Shown: one piece after another, positions 10,782 to 21,495 of the stretch
Numbering within the stretch: the stretch's first letter is position 1
Layout: every line of letters begins with the position of its first letter
Virus record (IMG/VR): IMGVR_UViG_3300045988_042432
DNA: 64,000 bases
Direction: 5' to 3' (one strand)
Origin: a virus
The notes under the pieces: generated by a model
Seen by the model: the letters and a program-made list of their open reading frames with translations, nothing else
Told to the model about the DNA's origin: nothing
Database searches by the model: none
Program-made: the position numbers and the translations under genes

Positions 10782-11475
10782 TACAACCTCCTATTTGTTC
10801 TATGATTCGTTCAGCTTCAGCTAACTGATTAGATTGAACCATATATTTGATTACATTAATAGCCATCCAGACTAAATCTCTCTTGTAGGATAATTCGGCC
10901 GCTACAGCATTCTTACTCCAACATTTACTGAAACCTCTGCTATTAAATATTTGCTGGCACAAAGATATATAACATTTCTTAAGAAAACAAATAGACACGT
11001 AATTATTATATGTCCTAGAAATTGTAGTATCTTCTATGTTCCTCTCTACTATCTCATCTACAGTTACGGTCGTAGATGTGCCATTAAAATACTTATAGAT
11101 GTAGATGCCGTCCGAATAGTACACAGTGGCATACATAGTTACAGCTGAACCAGCCGTTTTACCTATCTCTCTATCAAACCAATCTTTAGTCGGCAGAACT
11201 ATATGATATACATTAAACCACCCATCAAACCCTACTGGCATAGTTACTGACTTATTACCGTCATCATGTAAAGTGTAAACAGGAAGTTGTATTTCAGGCC
11301 CATCTGCCTTATTATGTTGTAAGACATCAATAGATACAGTGTCAGAGTACTTGAATCTGTTCTTGACGATGACTGAAGAAGATTCAGGCAAATAGCCATT
11401 CTCTCCTGTACCAGTATCGTCAAGTATGATTACCTTACAGCTATCGTTAGTGCAAACTTTAATTTTTAATTCCAT
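10717..11475 (-). CDS. hypothetical structural-module protein
   Basis: 252-aa ORF whose start abuts the stop of the portal-sized gene. Confidence 0.6.
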   Translation of the reverse strand: MELKIKVCTNDSCKVIILDDTGTGENGYLPESSSVIVKNRFKYSDTVSIDVLQHNKADGPEIQLPVYTLHDDGNKSVTMPVGFDGWFNVYHIVLPTKDWFDREIGKTAGSAVTMYATVYYSDGIYIYKYFNGTSTTVTVDEIVERNIEDTTISRTYNNYVSICFLKKCYISLCQQIFNSRGFSKCWSKNAVAAELSYKRDLVWMAINVIKYMVQSNQLAEAERIIEQIGGCNGLCKSEYSKWPEQGCGCSQR

Positions 11476-13676
11476 TATACGTTCTTCACTTCGTTATTCT
11501 GCTGATTCCCATCGTACAATTGGGCTATCTCAATATCTGTTCTTTTGGTGTCATTATCAGAAGTACTCTGCTTATAATCTCTATCAGCGTTAGCCTTAAT
11601 AAGGCCAATCTCATAGTCATATTCAACCTTCTGCCTATCAATAGCAATCTTAGCTTCATTAAGAGATGCAATCTTATTATTAAGCTGCTCTTTCTCTTGT
11701 TCCGCCTTTTGAAGTTGCTTCTGTAGCTCTTCGTTCTGTTGTTGCATCTGTGCAGTGTTCTGAGTTTCTTCTCTTCTCTTTTGAAATGCCTTAGACAATT
11801 TAGACTTAAGTTCAGTCATACTTCTGGCAGTCATACACTCCATAGCTATGTCTGGGTCTAATTGACCACTCTTAATGAATTCAATCATTAATTGTTGCAT
11901 GTTCTGCATTTCCTCCATAATTCTACTACTAGCTATTACATGAATATCATAATCAGTAAAAGTAAAATGTTCAGGGAGAGCAGTGAACACTTTCTGTAGT
12001 TTGTCACCTAGCACTAAAGTTCCAGTAAGTGGTTTATGTTTCCATACCTTCTTAGCACAATTAAGAGAATCAATCAGAATATCCTCTGCCAAAGTATCCA
12101 TTTGCTGATAGTAAGATTTAGTAATGATATAAGAATTTCTCATACCTGCCTTAACATTACTAACAGCATCCCTGGTTTCTATTCCATTTAATCTCTCTCT
12201 AAACACTCCAGTAATAGATGATGTCTGCTCTTCTAACATCTGCAACGCCATATTAAATGCCTGAATAGTATCAGCTTTTAATAAGTCATCGAATCCAGCA
12301 AAAGAAGTATTGTTGTTAAATGCCCTACCTTCTTGTGAAGTATCAATAGGAGCCACACCAGTCTTCTTATAGGCAATGAATTTCTGCAATCTTTCAGTCA
12401 AATCATCACCAAGAGCCATAGGTAGCATACTAAAGTCAATCCAGTCTCCACTAGTACCACTATTAGCAATTACATTGTCCCTAAAGAAAGTAATCAAATC
12501 ATACTTGTCTTGAAGATGTGAACATGCAAGCACAAGTGAATATGGTTCGTTACTTCTGTTTACAAAGAACAAACCATTAACTGACAATCCACAGTGTGTA
12601 GGATTATCTTTAGTTCTAACTACATCAGGAGACTTACCAGTAAGAATGTAAATAGATTCTCCGATTTTAACTCCTTCATATCTATTCTCTACATAATCTT
12701 CTCCTTCTTTATCAACATCAATCCACTCAACTTCAAACACAGGTATTAACTTATAATTGTAAGTCTCATAGTAGTCGGTAGGGAATCCAGGTATTACTTC
12801 TTTACCCGCCTCGAGTCCGTCTGTAATAGGAGCTCCAGTAGCTTGATTGCTCATAGCGCGTACATATATATAACTACTATCGTAATATCCCTCAAACATC
12901 TCCTCTAATTCATTGATACTACTTGTATCTAGTTGAGGACCATATTTATTAAGTATTTGTTGCTTAGTTAACCAACGTCTAATAACTACTCTGTAGCTAT
13001 CTCTAACATATACAGATTCTGGATTTCTATCAACGAATACATTACGTGGGTCTAATACCTCTATTTCTATATTAGTTCTCTTCCTACTAGGATGAACCTG
13101 GTAAAAGCTCATGCCAGTTACTAGTAAGTCAAGTAACAGGTTCTTTAACTTAGTAAGTAAGTTAATATCTCTAGATTGGATTATATACTCAACAACATTC
13201 TGTGCAGCTATTTCATACTCGCTAACAAAGCTATTATTAATATCTTCTACTAACTTATTAAGTTGAGCCTCTACAGCCTTATCAGTTACTTCTTGTCCTC
13301 CTAAGAACGCTAGTATCTGATTGTTAAGATGTTGTTGTAAGTATTGATATACTTCTTTATTAATTTGTAATTCCTTATCTCTAGATATCTTAGATATAGT
13401 TTCTTTATCCTTGCATGACACTTTAGGCAGTAATGGAGTACCTAGGTATTCTCCAAGTAAAGCATCAACATGCTTCCTGATAAGAGGAGTAAATTCTATA
13501 GAAGTAGGATTACCTATTCCAAAATTCTCTTCTAGATACCTATATTGTTCGGCATCTCTATATCCATTATAATAATTATATGCTTTCTGTAATTTGTACT
13601 TAGGAAATACTAATTCTGACACTGCCTTATCAATATGCTCCATTAAGTACTCATCACTCCTGTTCTGTGCACTCAT
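11475..13676 (-). CDS. portal protein (assigned by size and synteny only)
   Basis: 733-aa ORF just downstream of the large terminase, with a Gln/Glu-rich coiled-coil C-terminus. Confidence 0.55.
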   Translation of the reverse strand: MSAQNRSDEYLMEHIDKAVSELVFPKYKLQKAYNYYNGYRDAEQYRYLEENFGIGNPTSIEFTPLIRKHVDALLGEYLGTPLLPKVSCKDKETISKISRDKELQINKEVYQYLQQHLNNQILAFLGGQEVTDKAVEAQLNKLVEDINNSFVSEYEIAAQNVVEYIIQSRDINLLTKLKNLLLDLLVTGMSFYQVHPSRKRTNIEIEVLDPRNVFVDRNPESVYVRDSYRVVIRRWLTKQQILNKYGPQLDTSSINELEEMFEGYYDSSYIYVRAMSNQATGAPITDGLEAGKEVIPGFPTDYYETYNYKLIPVFEVEWIDVDKEGEDYVENRYEGVKIGESIYILTGKSPDVVRTKDNPTHCGLSVNGLFFVNRSNEPYSLVLACSHLQDKYDLITFFRDNVIANSGTSGDWIDFSMLPMALGDDLTERLQKFIAYKKTGVAPIDTSQEGRAFNNNTSFAGFDDLLKADTIQAFNMALQMLEEQTSSITGVFRERLNGIETRDAVSNVKAGMRNSYIITKSYYQQMDTLAEDILIDSLNCAKKVWKHKPLTGTLVLGDKLQKVFTALPEHFTFTDYDIHVIASSRIMEEMQNMQQLMIEFIKSGQLDPDIAMECMTARSMTELKSKLSKAFQKRREETQNTAQMQQQNEELQKQLQKAEQEKEQLNNKIASLNEAKIAIDRQKVEYDYEIGLIKANADRDYKQSTSDNDTKRTDIEIAQLYDGNQQNNEVKNV

Positions 13677-13965
13677 TACAACTCTCTAATCCGTTATATT
13701 GTTTATATCCTAGGAAATAATGTGTGTCGCCTAATCTTCTATCTCTTAATTCCTGTCTAAGAAATTTAAGATACGCTACTTCACCACCCTCAAACGATAT
13801 AATAAGTGGCTTGTCTATATTATTCATGCCAAGTGTTAACTTATAACCCCTATGTGTCCCCTCGGCAGTTTGTAGCTCTTCTAGCTTTAATTTAGCCACA
13901 TATTCTTTATGATAAATCTGTTTGAATAAATCTCTGATTGCTACTTCTAATTCTTGTAGGGTCAT
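13654..13965 (-). CDS. hypothetical protein
   Basis: 103-aa ORF between the terminase and portal genes; overlaps both. Confidence 0.5.
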   Translation of the reverse strand: MTLQELEVAIRDLFKQIYHKEYVAKLKLEELQTAEGTHRGYKLTLGMNNIDKPLIISFEGGEVAYLKFLRQELRDRRLGDTHYFLGYKQYNGLESCNECTEQE

Positions 13966-16183
13966 CGTATTGTGTAGGCCATAAATTAAACTTAGGTACT
14001 ATCTGTTGTTTCTCTGGAATAACTCCTTTATGTCTAATTCCTCTTTCGTCAACCCAATAACCGAAAGGTCTTAGTTTGTTATTAGGACTGTCCATTTCTT
14101 TAGGAACTACCCCCATTAATTCCTCGTCTCCTAGTTCGCACATACCCCATGCAGCTATAATATCAAACTTACGTTTATTCTCATAACTGTATTTAATTGC
14201 TTCTTCTAGAATTTCTTCAAACCATATATTATGACAATAATCTTCTATATGTTGAGCTATTAAATCTAATTGATGCCTAATTACTACTTCAGTAGCAGGA
14301 GCTCCGAATTGTTTACTACGACCTCCTTGTATGTCAGATTGAGTAGCTCTAGGTCTTCTCATCAAATGTCTATTCTCTTTATGTTTCTCTCTAAAGAATT
14401 GCAGAGTAGACATTCTAGTAGATTCAAGAACAGCCTGACAATCGTAATACTGCAATATCTTAAGACATGTCATATGTGCTTCACGTAAAGTCTTAGGTCT
14501 GTCCCTATAATAGCACACTATTTTAGGTTCATCTAACCCATAAGCTCTCTTTTTAACTACTACACAGAAATCAGAAGGGTCTTGAGTCTTATCAGAAGTG
14601 TCTTCACCACCCATATCAATACCGTCAATACCAGCAACATATAAATTTCTAGGTACAGCTCCATGTTCTCCTCTAATCGGATGTTCAAGTATCTTAACCT
14701 TACCTTTAGGATTACTAACAAATCTTACACTATCAATTGCTTCCTCTGTGTGCTGGTTGTTAGTAAAATTATACTCTAACTGGCCTACATCAATATGTGG
14801 TCCCAGTTTATGTAATTTAATATTAGCAAGTTGCTCACTTAACAATACAGTATTAAACTGATTATCTCCTTCAAGAGCCAAAGCATCATCAGGAGTAAAA
14901 CAGAACTCTGCACATGCAATTAAATGCTCCTTCGGGTTAGCTAGTAGAGCTTCTCTTTGGTCTAAATAGAACTTCTTAGCCTTCGCAGTATTAGTAACTC
15001 CTCTATCGTCTACATATCCATTTGCTGCTACGAATGTATAGGCAGGTATGAAGAATGAGGTAAAAGCATAAGACCCGTCTTTAGTATGGTTATGTTTATA
15101 AGGTAAGAAATTATATCCAGCTGGATTATAAAACATCTTACTAAGTCCGTCAAGTGCAGGTCCCTGGTCTCCACCTGTTCCCCACACAAATCTAGTTCCA
15201 AACTTATTACCTAGAATTTCTACAAGAGCTGTACTCTGTAAGTAAGTCTTTACTAGGATTGGGTTAGAACCAGATTCTTCAAAGAACAATCTATCCACAC
15301 GGTCTCCACGGAGTTTACGAGGAACATCTACTACGAAACCAATAATGTCTGACATGAATCCAAATTCTTCTCTGTCTTTAGTAAGAAGAGAAGCTCTCTT
15401 ATGCATATCAGAATTATACTTCTGTCTTAGATGTCTCATGCCGCCTTCTGTATCAGCATTTAAATATTCAAGCTGTTCCCAGCATTTACGAAGCACGTCA
15501 CTAACGAATTTCTCGGTAAATGCTACATATACTGTATGTGAACCTCTAACAGTTGTATATAACCTAACTCCTAAAGATGCTGCAATTTCAGAGAATCCGA
15601 CTCCACGAGCTTTAAGGGCGCACACATCCTTCTTCAACTTCTCACACATTTCTATGTAATGGAAGTACTCATACTGCTTACTAAAGAATGAAGGGAATGT
15701 AGTTTCACGACCGGTACCAGCTTGAGACACATCGGTGTTCTTTAGTCTATAATAATTAAGGAAGAAGTAATTATCACCTGTGATTCTATACCCATGTGAT
15801 TCATATCCTTGATTACATCTTCTATGTTCTTCAGTCCAGAAGTCATTATACTTCTTAGTTCCTTTAGGATAGGCACAGTATTTACCGTCTCTTAATTTAA
15901 TCTGTCTAGCTTCAGTGAACCACTCTGGATTAAAATCTAATCCTCTTTCTTCATCCACTGGTCGATATCCAGTCAGCTCATAAGATAGAGTAGGGTCGAA
16001 ATGCTTAATCTCAGTATCTAATGTTACATCCCATACAATGTTAGACGTACTAACTGATTTATCTTCTATAATAGGGTCTACGTATGGAATAGCCTCTATC
16101 AATTCTGGTTCTACTCTTTGTATTAACTCTTGAACTGTTTCTGGAACTTCGACTTTCTTCTTAGGTCTACCACGTCCAGCCAT
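13907..16183 (-). CDS. terL: terminase large subunit
   Basis: 758-aa ORF with an ATPase-like segment ...LKARGVGFSEIAA... and a later acidic nuclease-type segment ...LYVAGIDGIDMGGEDTSD.... Size and position next to the portal-sized gene also fit. Confidence 0.7.
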   Translation of the reverse strand: MAGRGRPKKKVEVPETVQELIQRVEPELIEAIPYVDPIIEDKSVSTSNIVWDVTLDTEIKHFDPTLSYELTGYRPVDEERGLDFNPEWFTEARQIKLRDGKYCAYPKGTKKYNDFWTEEHRRCNQGYESHGYRITGDNYFFLNYYRLKNTDVSQAGTGRETTFPSFFSKQYEYFHYIEMCEKLKKDVCALKARGVGFSEIAASLGVRLYTTVRGSHTVYVAFTEKFVSDVLRKCWEQLEYLNADTEGGMRHLRQKYNSDMHKRASLLTKDREEFGFMSDIIGFVVDVPRKLRGDRVDRLFFEESGSNPILVKTYLQSTALVEILGNKFGTRFVWGTGGDQGPALDGLSKMFYNPAGYNFLPYKHNHTKDGSYAFTSFFIPAYTFVAANGYVDDRGVTNTAKAKKFYLDQREALLANPKEHLIACAEFCFTPDDALALEGDNQFNTVLLSEQLANIKLHKLGPHIDVGQLEYNFTNNQHTEEAIDSVRFVSNPKGKVKILEHPIRGEHGAVPRNLYVAGIDGIDMGGEDTSDKTQDPSDFCVVVKKRAYGLDEPKIVCYYRDRPKTLREAHMTCLKILQYYDCQAVLESTRMSTLQFFREKHKENRHLMRRPRATQSDIQGGRSKQFGAPATEVVIRHQLDLIAQHIEDYCHNIWFEEILEEAIKYSYENKRKFDIIAAWGMCELGDEELMGVVPKEMDSPNNKLRPFGYWVDERGIRHKGVIPEKQQIVPKFNLWPTQYDDPTRIRSSNQRFIQTDLS

Positions 16184-16185
16184 AA

Positions 16186-16764
16186 TTATCTGTCGTTAAA
16201 ACCTATTTCACTTTCACCTCTAACTCCAGTCTCTTCCTCTTGCTCTTTCTTGTACATATACTCAAGAGTTTTAAGTTCTTCTATAACCTTAGAAACTGAT
16301 TGCATTTCTTTCATTACATCAGCCACTTTCCAAACAGGTTTATTATTAACTGGGTCTCTTTCGGATAAATCTATGGTGTCAAAGTAATCAGTAATTCTAT
16401 CAACTACACTTTGAGCAGACTTAATGAGTTTAAGTGCTCTAGATTCGTTTTGAATATCTCTGTACTTCCTACATGCGGCTCTGAAGATTGGGTCTGCCCA
16501 TTCCTCTTCACTTAAATTAGCATCCTGAAGACATGCTTGATGCCTTTCCTGTTCTGTATAATCAGAGTATGGAGATGCCCAATCTAACATTAGCCATATG
16601 TAAACAAGCTCTCTATAAGCTCTTGATTTGCAAACTCCCGTAGGGTCTTCTTTGGTCTTATTCCTTTCATTAGTCCATAGAGCTGCGAACTCCTTAATAA
16701 GAAGAACCTCTGGCTCATTCACAATCACCGAATTAGTACCATTATCAAATAGGAATACTTTCAT
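16186..16764 (-). CDS. hypothetical protein
   Basis: 192-aa ORF directly upstream of terL. Confidence 0.6.
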   Translation of the reverse strand: MKVFLFDNGTNSVIVNEPEVLLIKEFAALWTNERNKTKEDPTGVCKSRAYRELVYIWLMLDWASPYSDYTEQERHQACLQDANLSEEEWADPIFRAACRKYRDIQNESRALKLIKSAQSVVDRITDYFDTIDLSERDPVNNKPVWKVADVMKEMQSVSKVIEELKTLEYMYKKEQEEETGVRGESEIGFNDR

Positions 16765-16766
16765 AT

Positions 16767-17594
16767 TTATTTGTTTTTATAAGGCTTACCAGCTAGTGCT
16801 TTCCTCTGAAACCCATTAAATTTCATTTCTCTAGTGCTATCTGCTGAGCCTGGTCCACCTTTAATGTGTTTAATAGCATCACCGCTAGCTTTACTAGGAA
16901 TACTCCATTTATTGCTAACAGTTCCGCCCATATTCTTCTTAATTCTCTTCTTAGCCATTCCTCCGCACTTGAACGAAGTAATAGTGCCACCGCTTAACTT
17001 TTTACCTATATTACTACCTCTAGTTGCACCTGCTCCGCTAGCACCTCTGCCGTTGGCCTGGTCTTTCATATCAACTTTCATTTTGTCTTTTAAAGGTAGT
17101 CCTTTGTAATCTGCTTTGGACATCTTCTTATAAGGGAGCTTCTTATTACTAACATTATATACTCCCTTACTGGTGTGTACAGTATCAGTCTTATTAACTG
17201 CTATTTTATCACCATTCTCGCTCTTCTTAATGCGTCTCTTGGCTTTACCTCCACATTTATCTTTGAATACGTCCATAGCTTTACTGCCTTCAGCCATTGC
17301 TTTCCTTCTACATTTAACACATCCTCCAGCCATGAATCTCTCTACCTCATAACCTTCTGGACACTTACCTTGCAATCTGCTAATGTAGTTAATTTTGGCT
17401 CCCATCTTAGCCATGATAGTTTGATTATTCTCCATACTCTTGTATTGTTTATAGATTTCATTAATTTCCCTCTCTGAGAGTTTGGATATAGTATCCTCAA
17501 ACTCCTGCTGAGACTTAGGCTTAAATAACTTAATAAGGTAGGCAGAGAACAACTCTTGGTCGTCCTGCCCACCTTGTTGAAACTTAGTTGCCAT
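16767..17594 (-). CDS. basic Lys-rich protein with duplicated KCGG(K/M)AK(R/K)RIKK motif
   Basis: 275-aa ORF. KKRIKK and QQG motifs recur in 23834..27430. Confidence 0.6.
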   Translation of the reverse strand: MATKFQQGGQDDQELFSAYLIKLFKPKSQQEFEDTISKLSEREINEIYKQYKSMENNQTIMAKMGAKINYISRLQGKCPEGYEVERFMAGGCVKCRRKAMAEGSKAMDVFKDKCGGKAKRRIKKSENGDKIAVNKTDTVHTSKGVYNVSNKKLPYKKMSKADYKGLPLKDKMKVDMKDQANGRGASGAGATRGSNIGKKLSGGTITSFKCGGMAKKRIKKNMGGTVSNKWSIPSKASGDAIKHIKGGPGSADSTREMKFNGFQRKALAGKPYKNK

Positions 17595-17818
17595 TATAGT
17601 TTAATTAAGTCTTTAGTATTAAAGATAGCTTCTTGTAGCTCTCCTCTTGTAGAGAACCATCTACATCTAATACCCTTGAAATATTCATCTTTCTTCTCAT
17701 CCTTAGATGGTCTAAACGTCATCGTCTCTTTCTTAACTACAATCATCTGAGGTTTATATGGGATGTCTTGTCTTAATGTTACTACATCTCCTGGTTGATA
17801 AAACACTTTCTCTTCCAT
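17594..17818 (-). CDS. hypothetical protein
   Basis: 74-aa ORF with start and stop abutting its neighbours. Confidence 0.55.
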   Translation of the reverse strand: MEEKVFYQPGDVVTLRQDIPYKPQMIVVKKETMTFRPSKDEKKDEYFKGIRCRWFSTRGELQEAIFNTKDLIKL

Positions 17819-18369
17819 TATTCTATACTTTTAAATCGTTCTTTTAAACCTTCATTAATAACCACCTGCACTTGCTGTTCAGCTACAACTTCAAATCCTT
17901 GTCTGAAGAACGGAACAGGTACTCCAGAAGAACGCCTATAATATATATCGTCTCCCGGTTTAATAAACTTACACAAAGGACTTACTTCTATAACATTAGC
18001 TACAACTGAAAGTTGATACTCTGTATCTTTCTCTCCGGTGTCTGGATTCTTAAATGCTCCGTCATATTCTGGTATAATAAGTCCGCCTTTAGTCACTTCT
18101 ATCTTTTGATACGGATTCTTAGCATAAGGTCTAACCAATACGTATGAATTAATAGGCATAATTTCCATACTATTCATCTTCTCTGTTACTTCCTCCGCTT
18201 TCTCCAATTCATCTTTAATGTTCTTATTAAGTGCTTTAGTGTAAGTATCTACTGCTTTATTATGTGCTTCCACAGCAGCTTCTTTCTTTAAATCTTTAAA
18301 TCCATCTGCACCGGCAAAGCTTAATCCTTTACCCCCAAACATTACATCCATTGTTCCGTTATTACTCAT
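17818..18369 (-). CDS. GroES/Cpn10-like co-chaperonin domain protein (tentative)
   Basis: 183-aa ORF. The C-terminal 115 aa (IMPINSYVLVRP...TKGGLIIPE...IKPGDDIYY...) follow the Cpn10 pattern. Confidence 0.4.
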   Translation of the reverse strand: MSNNGTMDVMFGGKGLSFAGADGFKDLKKEAAVEAHNKAVDTYTKALNKNIKDELEKAEEVTEKMNSMEIMPINSYVLVRPYAKNPYQKIEVTKGGLIIPEYDGAFKNPDTGEKDTEYQLSVVANVIEVSPLCKFIKPGDDIYYRRSSGVPVPFFRQGFEVVAEQQVQVVINEGLKERFKSIE

Positions 18370-18381
18370 AATTTAAATCAT

Positions 18382-18651
18382 TTACCATTTACATGCTGGA
18401 CATGAAGACTTAATATCTCTAACTTTAGCATTAAGTCTACACCCGCATCCACGTTTATAACCATCTTTACGTTCTGTTGATATATCTCCTGTTTTAGGGT
18501 TTAGCCACAGTTTACTGCTACATACATACCCCATAAACGAATCCTTCATAATAGGACATTTCTTACATATTCTAATACGAGCTTTAGCTATTTCTTCGTT
18601 ATTACCCAGTAACTCGTTCAAGTGCCCATTTACAATATTAGTAATTCCCAT
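18382..18651 (-). CDS. Cys-rich zinc-finger-like protein
   Basis: 89-aa ORF with CKKCP...C...CGC...CPAC. Confidence 0.55.
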   Translation of the reverse strand: MGITNIVNGHLNELLGNNEEIAKARIRICKKCPIMKDSFMGYVCSSKLWLNPKTGDISTERKDGYKRGCGCRLNAKVRDIKSSCPACKW

Positions 18652-18737
18652 AGATTTCTAATGAGCTTTAATTATACTTTACTTTTAATATCTCAAATCC
18701 CAGTTTGAAAGATACTCTATGATTATGAACTAGCTCA

Positions 18738-19661
18738 TTAGAACTCTATAGGCTTTCTCTTCTCCTTGATTTCCTCAAGTATACACTGTTTTTTCCAATG
18801 CTTACACATACGTTCCACATCATCTTTAAGATAATCTAACTCATGTTCTGTAACGTTACCATTATGGTCATAATGTATAAGCAATAGCTTCTTAATAACA
18901 AAATCAGGATTTAATTTCTGAAGCATCCATGCATAGGTAGATAGTTGTAAAGTATAATGTACTTTATTACAGTCCATTAAGTTATTCATAGGATACTTCA
19001 TCATTTGACTCTTCTTAGTCCTGGTATCAAAGTAAGATTTCTCGTCAATACTTTTATTAGTCTTGTAGTCAACAATGTAAATGTCATTTCCGTCCTTAAT
19101 AAGTAAGTCAATTTGACCTGCCAACCTAAACTTATTGTCGTCCGACCTTCTGTATATCATATATTCAGGGAAGACTCCTCTTTCTATGCTTAGTAGGTCT
19201 AAGTTATTCTTCTCTAAAGATTCATTAGTATTAACTTCAAAAGTTCCGCCTAAACCGTAACTTCTCATTTGGCATGAACTCTTACCTAAGTATTGATGTT
19301 CCAAATCACTATGAATCTTTGTACCTCTTTCCTTGGAATCGGCATTAGTTTTAGACCACTCATCCAGTATATCCTGTTGTGCAGAATTAAACTCCGTCTC
19401 ATTTAAATCGTACATGTCTAAGAAGTACTTCTTATCAAAACGTTTAGTTTCTAATAGTCTCTTCTTCTCCATGGCAAACTGTTCAGCACCTAATAGCTTC
19501 TGTAATGCTTTGTATTGCGACCAGAAATCACTGTCGAACTTTTGACAGAACTCATGTATCATTGTTGTTACTGAAGTGTATATAGTATTGTCGATTTCAC
19601 TCCAATACATATGGGAAGAATCGTTGTAACATATTTCCTTGTTCCTCTTGTCTACTTTCAT
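18738..19661 (-). CDS. PD-(D/E)XK (RecB/Cas4-like) nuclease
   Basis: 307-aa ORF with GQIDLLIKDGNDIYIVDYKTNKS followed by YTLQLSTYAWML (QxxxY). Confidence 0.7.
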   Translation of the reverse strand: MKVDKRNKEICYNDSSHMYWSEIDNTIYTSVTTMIHEFCQKFDSDFWSQYKALQKLLGAEQFAMEKKRLLETKRFDKKYFLDMYDLNETEFNSAQQDILDEWSKTNADSKERGTKIHSDLEHQYLGKSSCQMRSYGLGGTFEVNTNESLEKNNLDLLSIERGVFPEYMIYRRSDDNKFRLAGQIDLLIKDGNDIYIVDYKTNKSIDEKSYFDTRTKKSQMMKYPMNNLMDCNKVHYTLQLSTYAWMLQKLNPDFVIKKLLLIHYDHNGNVTEHELDYLKDDVERMCKHWKKQCILEEIKEKRKPIEF

Positions 19662-20355
19662 AATTCATTTTAAATTTCTTCCTAATTGAGTTATAATCTA
19701 ATAAGGTAGATAGAGGTTGGATACACGGAGCAATAACGGAGTTATAGTACCCCAAATAGTACTCTTTAGTAACTGGATAAATAACAACAATCATTCCTAT
19801 AGGTCCATCAATTCCAGCAATCGGATACATCGCAGCAGACTTTGCTCCAGATTCTTCTAATAAAGCTACTAAATTAGGGAATGTTCTGTAGTAGTTCTCA
19901 ATAGTGTCCATTCTAATGAATTGGTTGTCATTAATCCTTCCAAGCTCATCACCGTAGTTAATATACTCCAACTCTTTCCATATCTTAATAGTTGCCTTAG
20001 TTTCATACCCTCTTCTCTTCTCTGTAAGAGCTGTTAAATAGCGATATGATAAACCATGTGTACTTTGTAAGGTATTATGGTAATTCAATAACAAGACATT
20101 CGACGCATCCTTATCTTCCATAAGAATATGCTCTATGTGCCCGTTAACTTGTGGAGTAATCATCTCTGTATATTTCTCAGCTAATACCTTCTCCGTAACA
20201 GCTGCCTGTCTATAATCTTCTAAAATAGCTTTAGTGTGTGAAGAGAAATGAAGCTCTACCATCAAGAATGCAAGCATTATAATGACTATCGTCTTAACAC
20301 CAGAACTCCAACTGTCAATCCACCTGTACACCTCTTTTAGTTTGCCCAATAACAT
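19597..20355 (-). CDS. membrane-anchored protein, function unknown
   Basis: 252-aa ORF with an N-terminal hydrophobic helix (VKTIVIIMLAFLMV). Confidence 0.55.
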   Translation of the reverse strand: MLLGKLKEVYRWIDSWSSGVKTIVIIMLAFLMVELHFSSHTKAILEDYRQAAVTEKVLAEKYTEMITPQVNGHIEHILMEDKDASNVLLLNYHNTLQSTHGLSYRYLTALTEKRRGYETKATIKIWKELEYINYGDELGRINDNQFIRMDTIENYYRTFPNLVALLEESGAKSAAMYPIAGIDGPIGMIVVIYPVTKEYYLGYYNSVIAPCIQPLSTLLDYNSIRKKFKMNYESRQEEQGNMLQRFFPYVLE

Positions 20356-20446
20356 TAATCTACTGATTTAAAGGTTAGAGATTAATAATAGTTTAGTTTC
20401 TTTATTACTTATTTACATTGACACCTTAAATCATTAATTCATCTGA

Positions 20447-20482
20447 TTTGTTTGATAATGTGCAAATTTAGCAATACCTTTG
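20447..20482 (+). promoter_or_regulatory. Bacteroides-type promoter (TTTG about 20 nt upstream of TAccTTTG)
   Basis: TTTGTTTG at 20447-20454 and TACCTTTG at 20475-20482, 35 nt before the ATG at 20517. Confidence 0.45.
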
Positions 20483-20516
20483 TGAATAAAAAAGTGATTT
20501 AACATGTAATTTAATT

Positions 20517-20819
20517 ATGGAATTTAACGCAGAGGAATTATCAAGAATTAATGAGGCTCTGAAAGAGTTACTCGATGATGCGGACCTAGAAGAGGTTCCC
20601 ATGTTTAGATGTGGTAGTAAGTTAGTAAGGAAAGATAAAAATGGAAGCAAGATTCATATTAAGAAGAAGAATCGCGGCAAATTTACGGCATCAGCTAAGA
20701 AAGCTGGACAGAGTGTTCAAGAACATGCTAGGTCTGTACTTAACAATCCTAATGCGACTCCGTTACAGAAGAAGAGAGCTAATTTTGCACGGAATGCGGC
20801 GTCTTGGTCTAAGAAGTAA
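20517..20819 (+). CDS. small basic protein
   Basis: 100-aa ORF, first gene of the rightward block. Confidence 0.6.
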   Translation: MEFNAEELSRINEALKELLDDADLEEVPMFRCGSKLVRKDKNGSKIHIKKKNRGKFTASAKKAGQSVQEHARSVLNNPNATPLQKKRANFARNAASWSKK

Positions 20820-20821
20820 AC

Positions 20822-21493
20822 ATGAAGAAAGAAGAAAGATTGCAACAGCAATGTGACGTATGTGGGAGGTTGCTAGACAAGAATATAAGCAACTTCAGAA
20901 AGTATTCACGCAAGACAAACGGCTTAAACTTTCACACTACATGTAGGGATTGTGAAGACCGAATCAAATTGAATACCGAATGGAAAGATGGGAAGCTCTT
21001 ATGCCACATATGTGGAGAATATAAAGAGCCTAGTGAGTTTACTTATGCAGGGGCTAATAAATACACTTTACGTCAGAATAAGGAGTGTAGGTGCAATTCC
21101 TGTAAACTAGAACAAAGGAAAGCTGCTATAGCTACTTATGATAACGACGTTAAACTAGAGAAGGTTTTACAAGCACGTTGGCTTGCAGCTAAATCCAGAG
21201 CTATAGACAAATCTATACCTTTCACTATTACTAAAGAAGATTTACTAACCGTATGGAAGGCACAAAATGGCAAGTGTGCAATTTCTGGATTAGACATGAC
21301 TTATGAATTAGGAGAAGGTCGAATCTATACGAATGTTAGCATTGACCAGATAATGCCCTCAAAAGGTTATACTATAGATAATATACAATTAGTATGTATG
21401 GCAGTTAATCAACTTAAGTCAGATTTAGATATGGATACTATTTTAATTCTGTGTTCTGCAATAGTTGATAATGCCGCTAAATGGAAGCATTAA
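20822..21493 (+). CDS. Cys-rich HNH/EndoVII-type nuclease-like protein
   Basis: 223-aa ORF with several CxxC pairs and a C-terminal CAISGL...SIDQIMPSKGYTIDNIQLVCMAVNQLK, as in phage proteins annotated as HNH. Confidence 0.5.
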   Translation: MKKEERLQQQCDVCGRLLDKNISNFRKYSRKTNGLNFHTTCRDCEDRIKLNTEWKDGKLLCHICGEYKEPSEFTYAGANKYTLRQNKECRCNSCKLEQRKAAIATYDNDVKLEKVLQARWLAAKSRAIDKSIPFTITKEDLLTVWKAQNGKCAISGLDMTYELGEGRIYTNVSIDQIMPSKGYTIDNIQLVCMAVNQLKSDLDMDTILILCSAIVDNAAKWKH

Positions 21494-21495
21494 CT

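Noticed and set aside
241-16183. Stop-codon reassignment (TAG sense) in late genes, prompted by the CUA suppressor tRNA
   Set aside because: All late ORFs in this window are long and uninterrupted in the standard code, and most end in TAA. There is no evidence for recoding here, although it cannot be excluded for genes outside the window.
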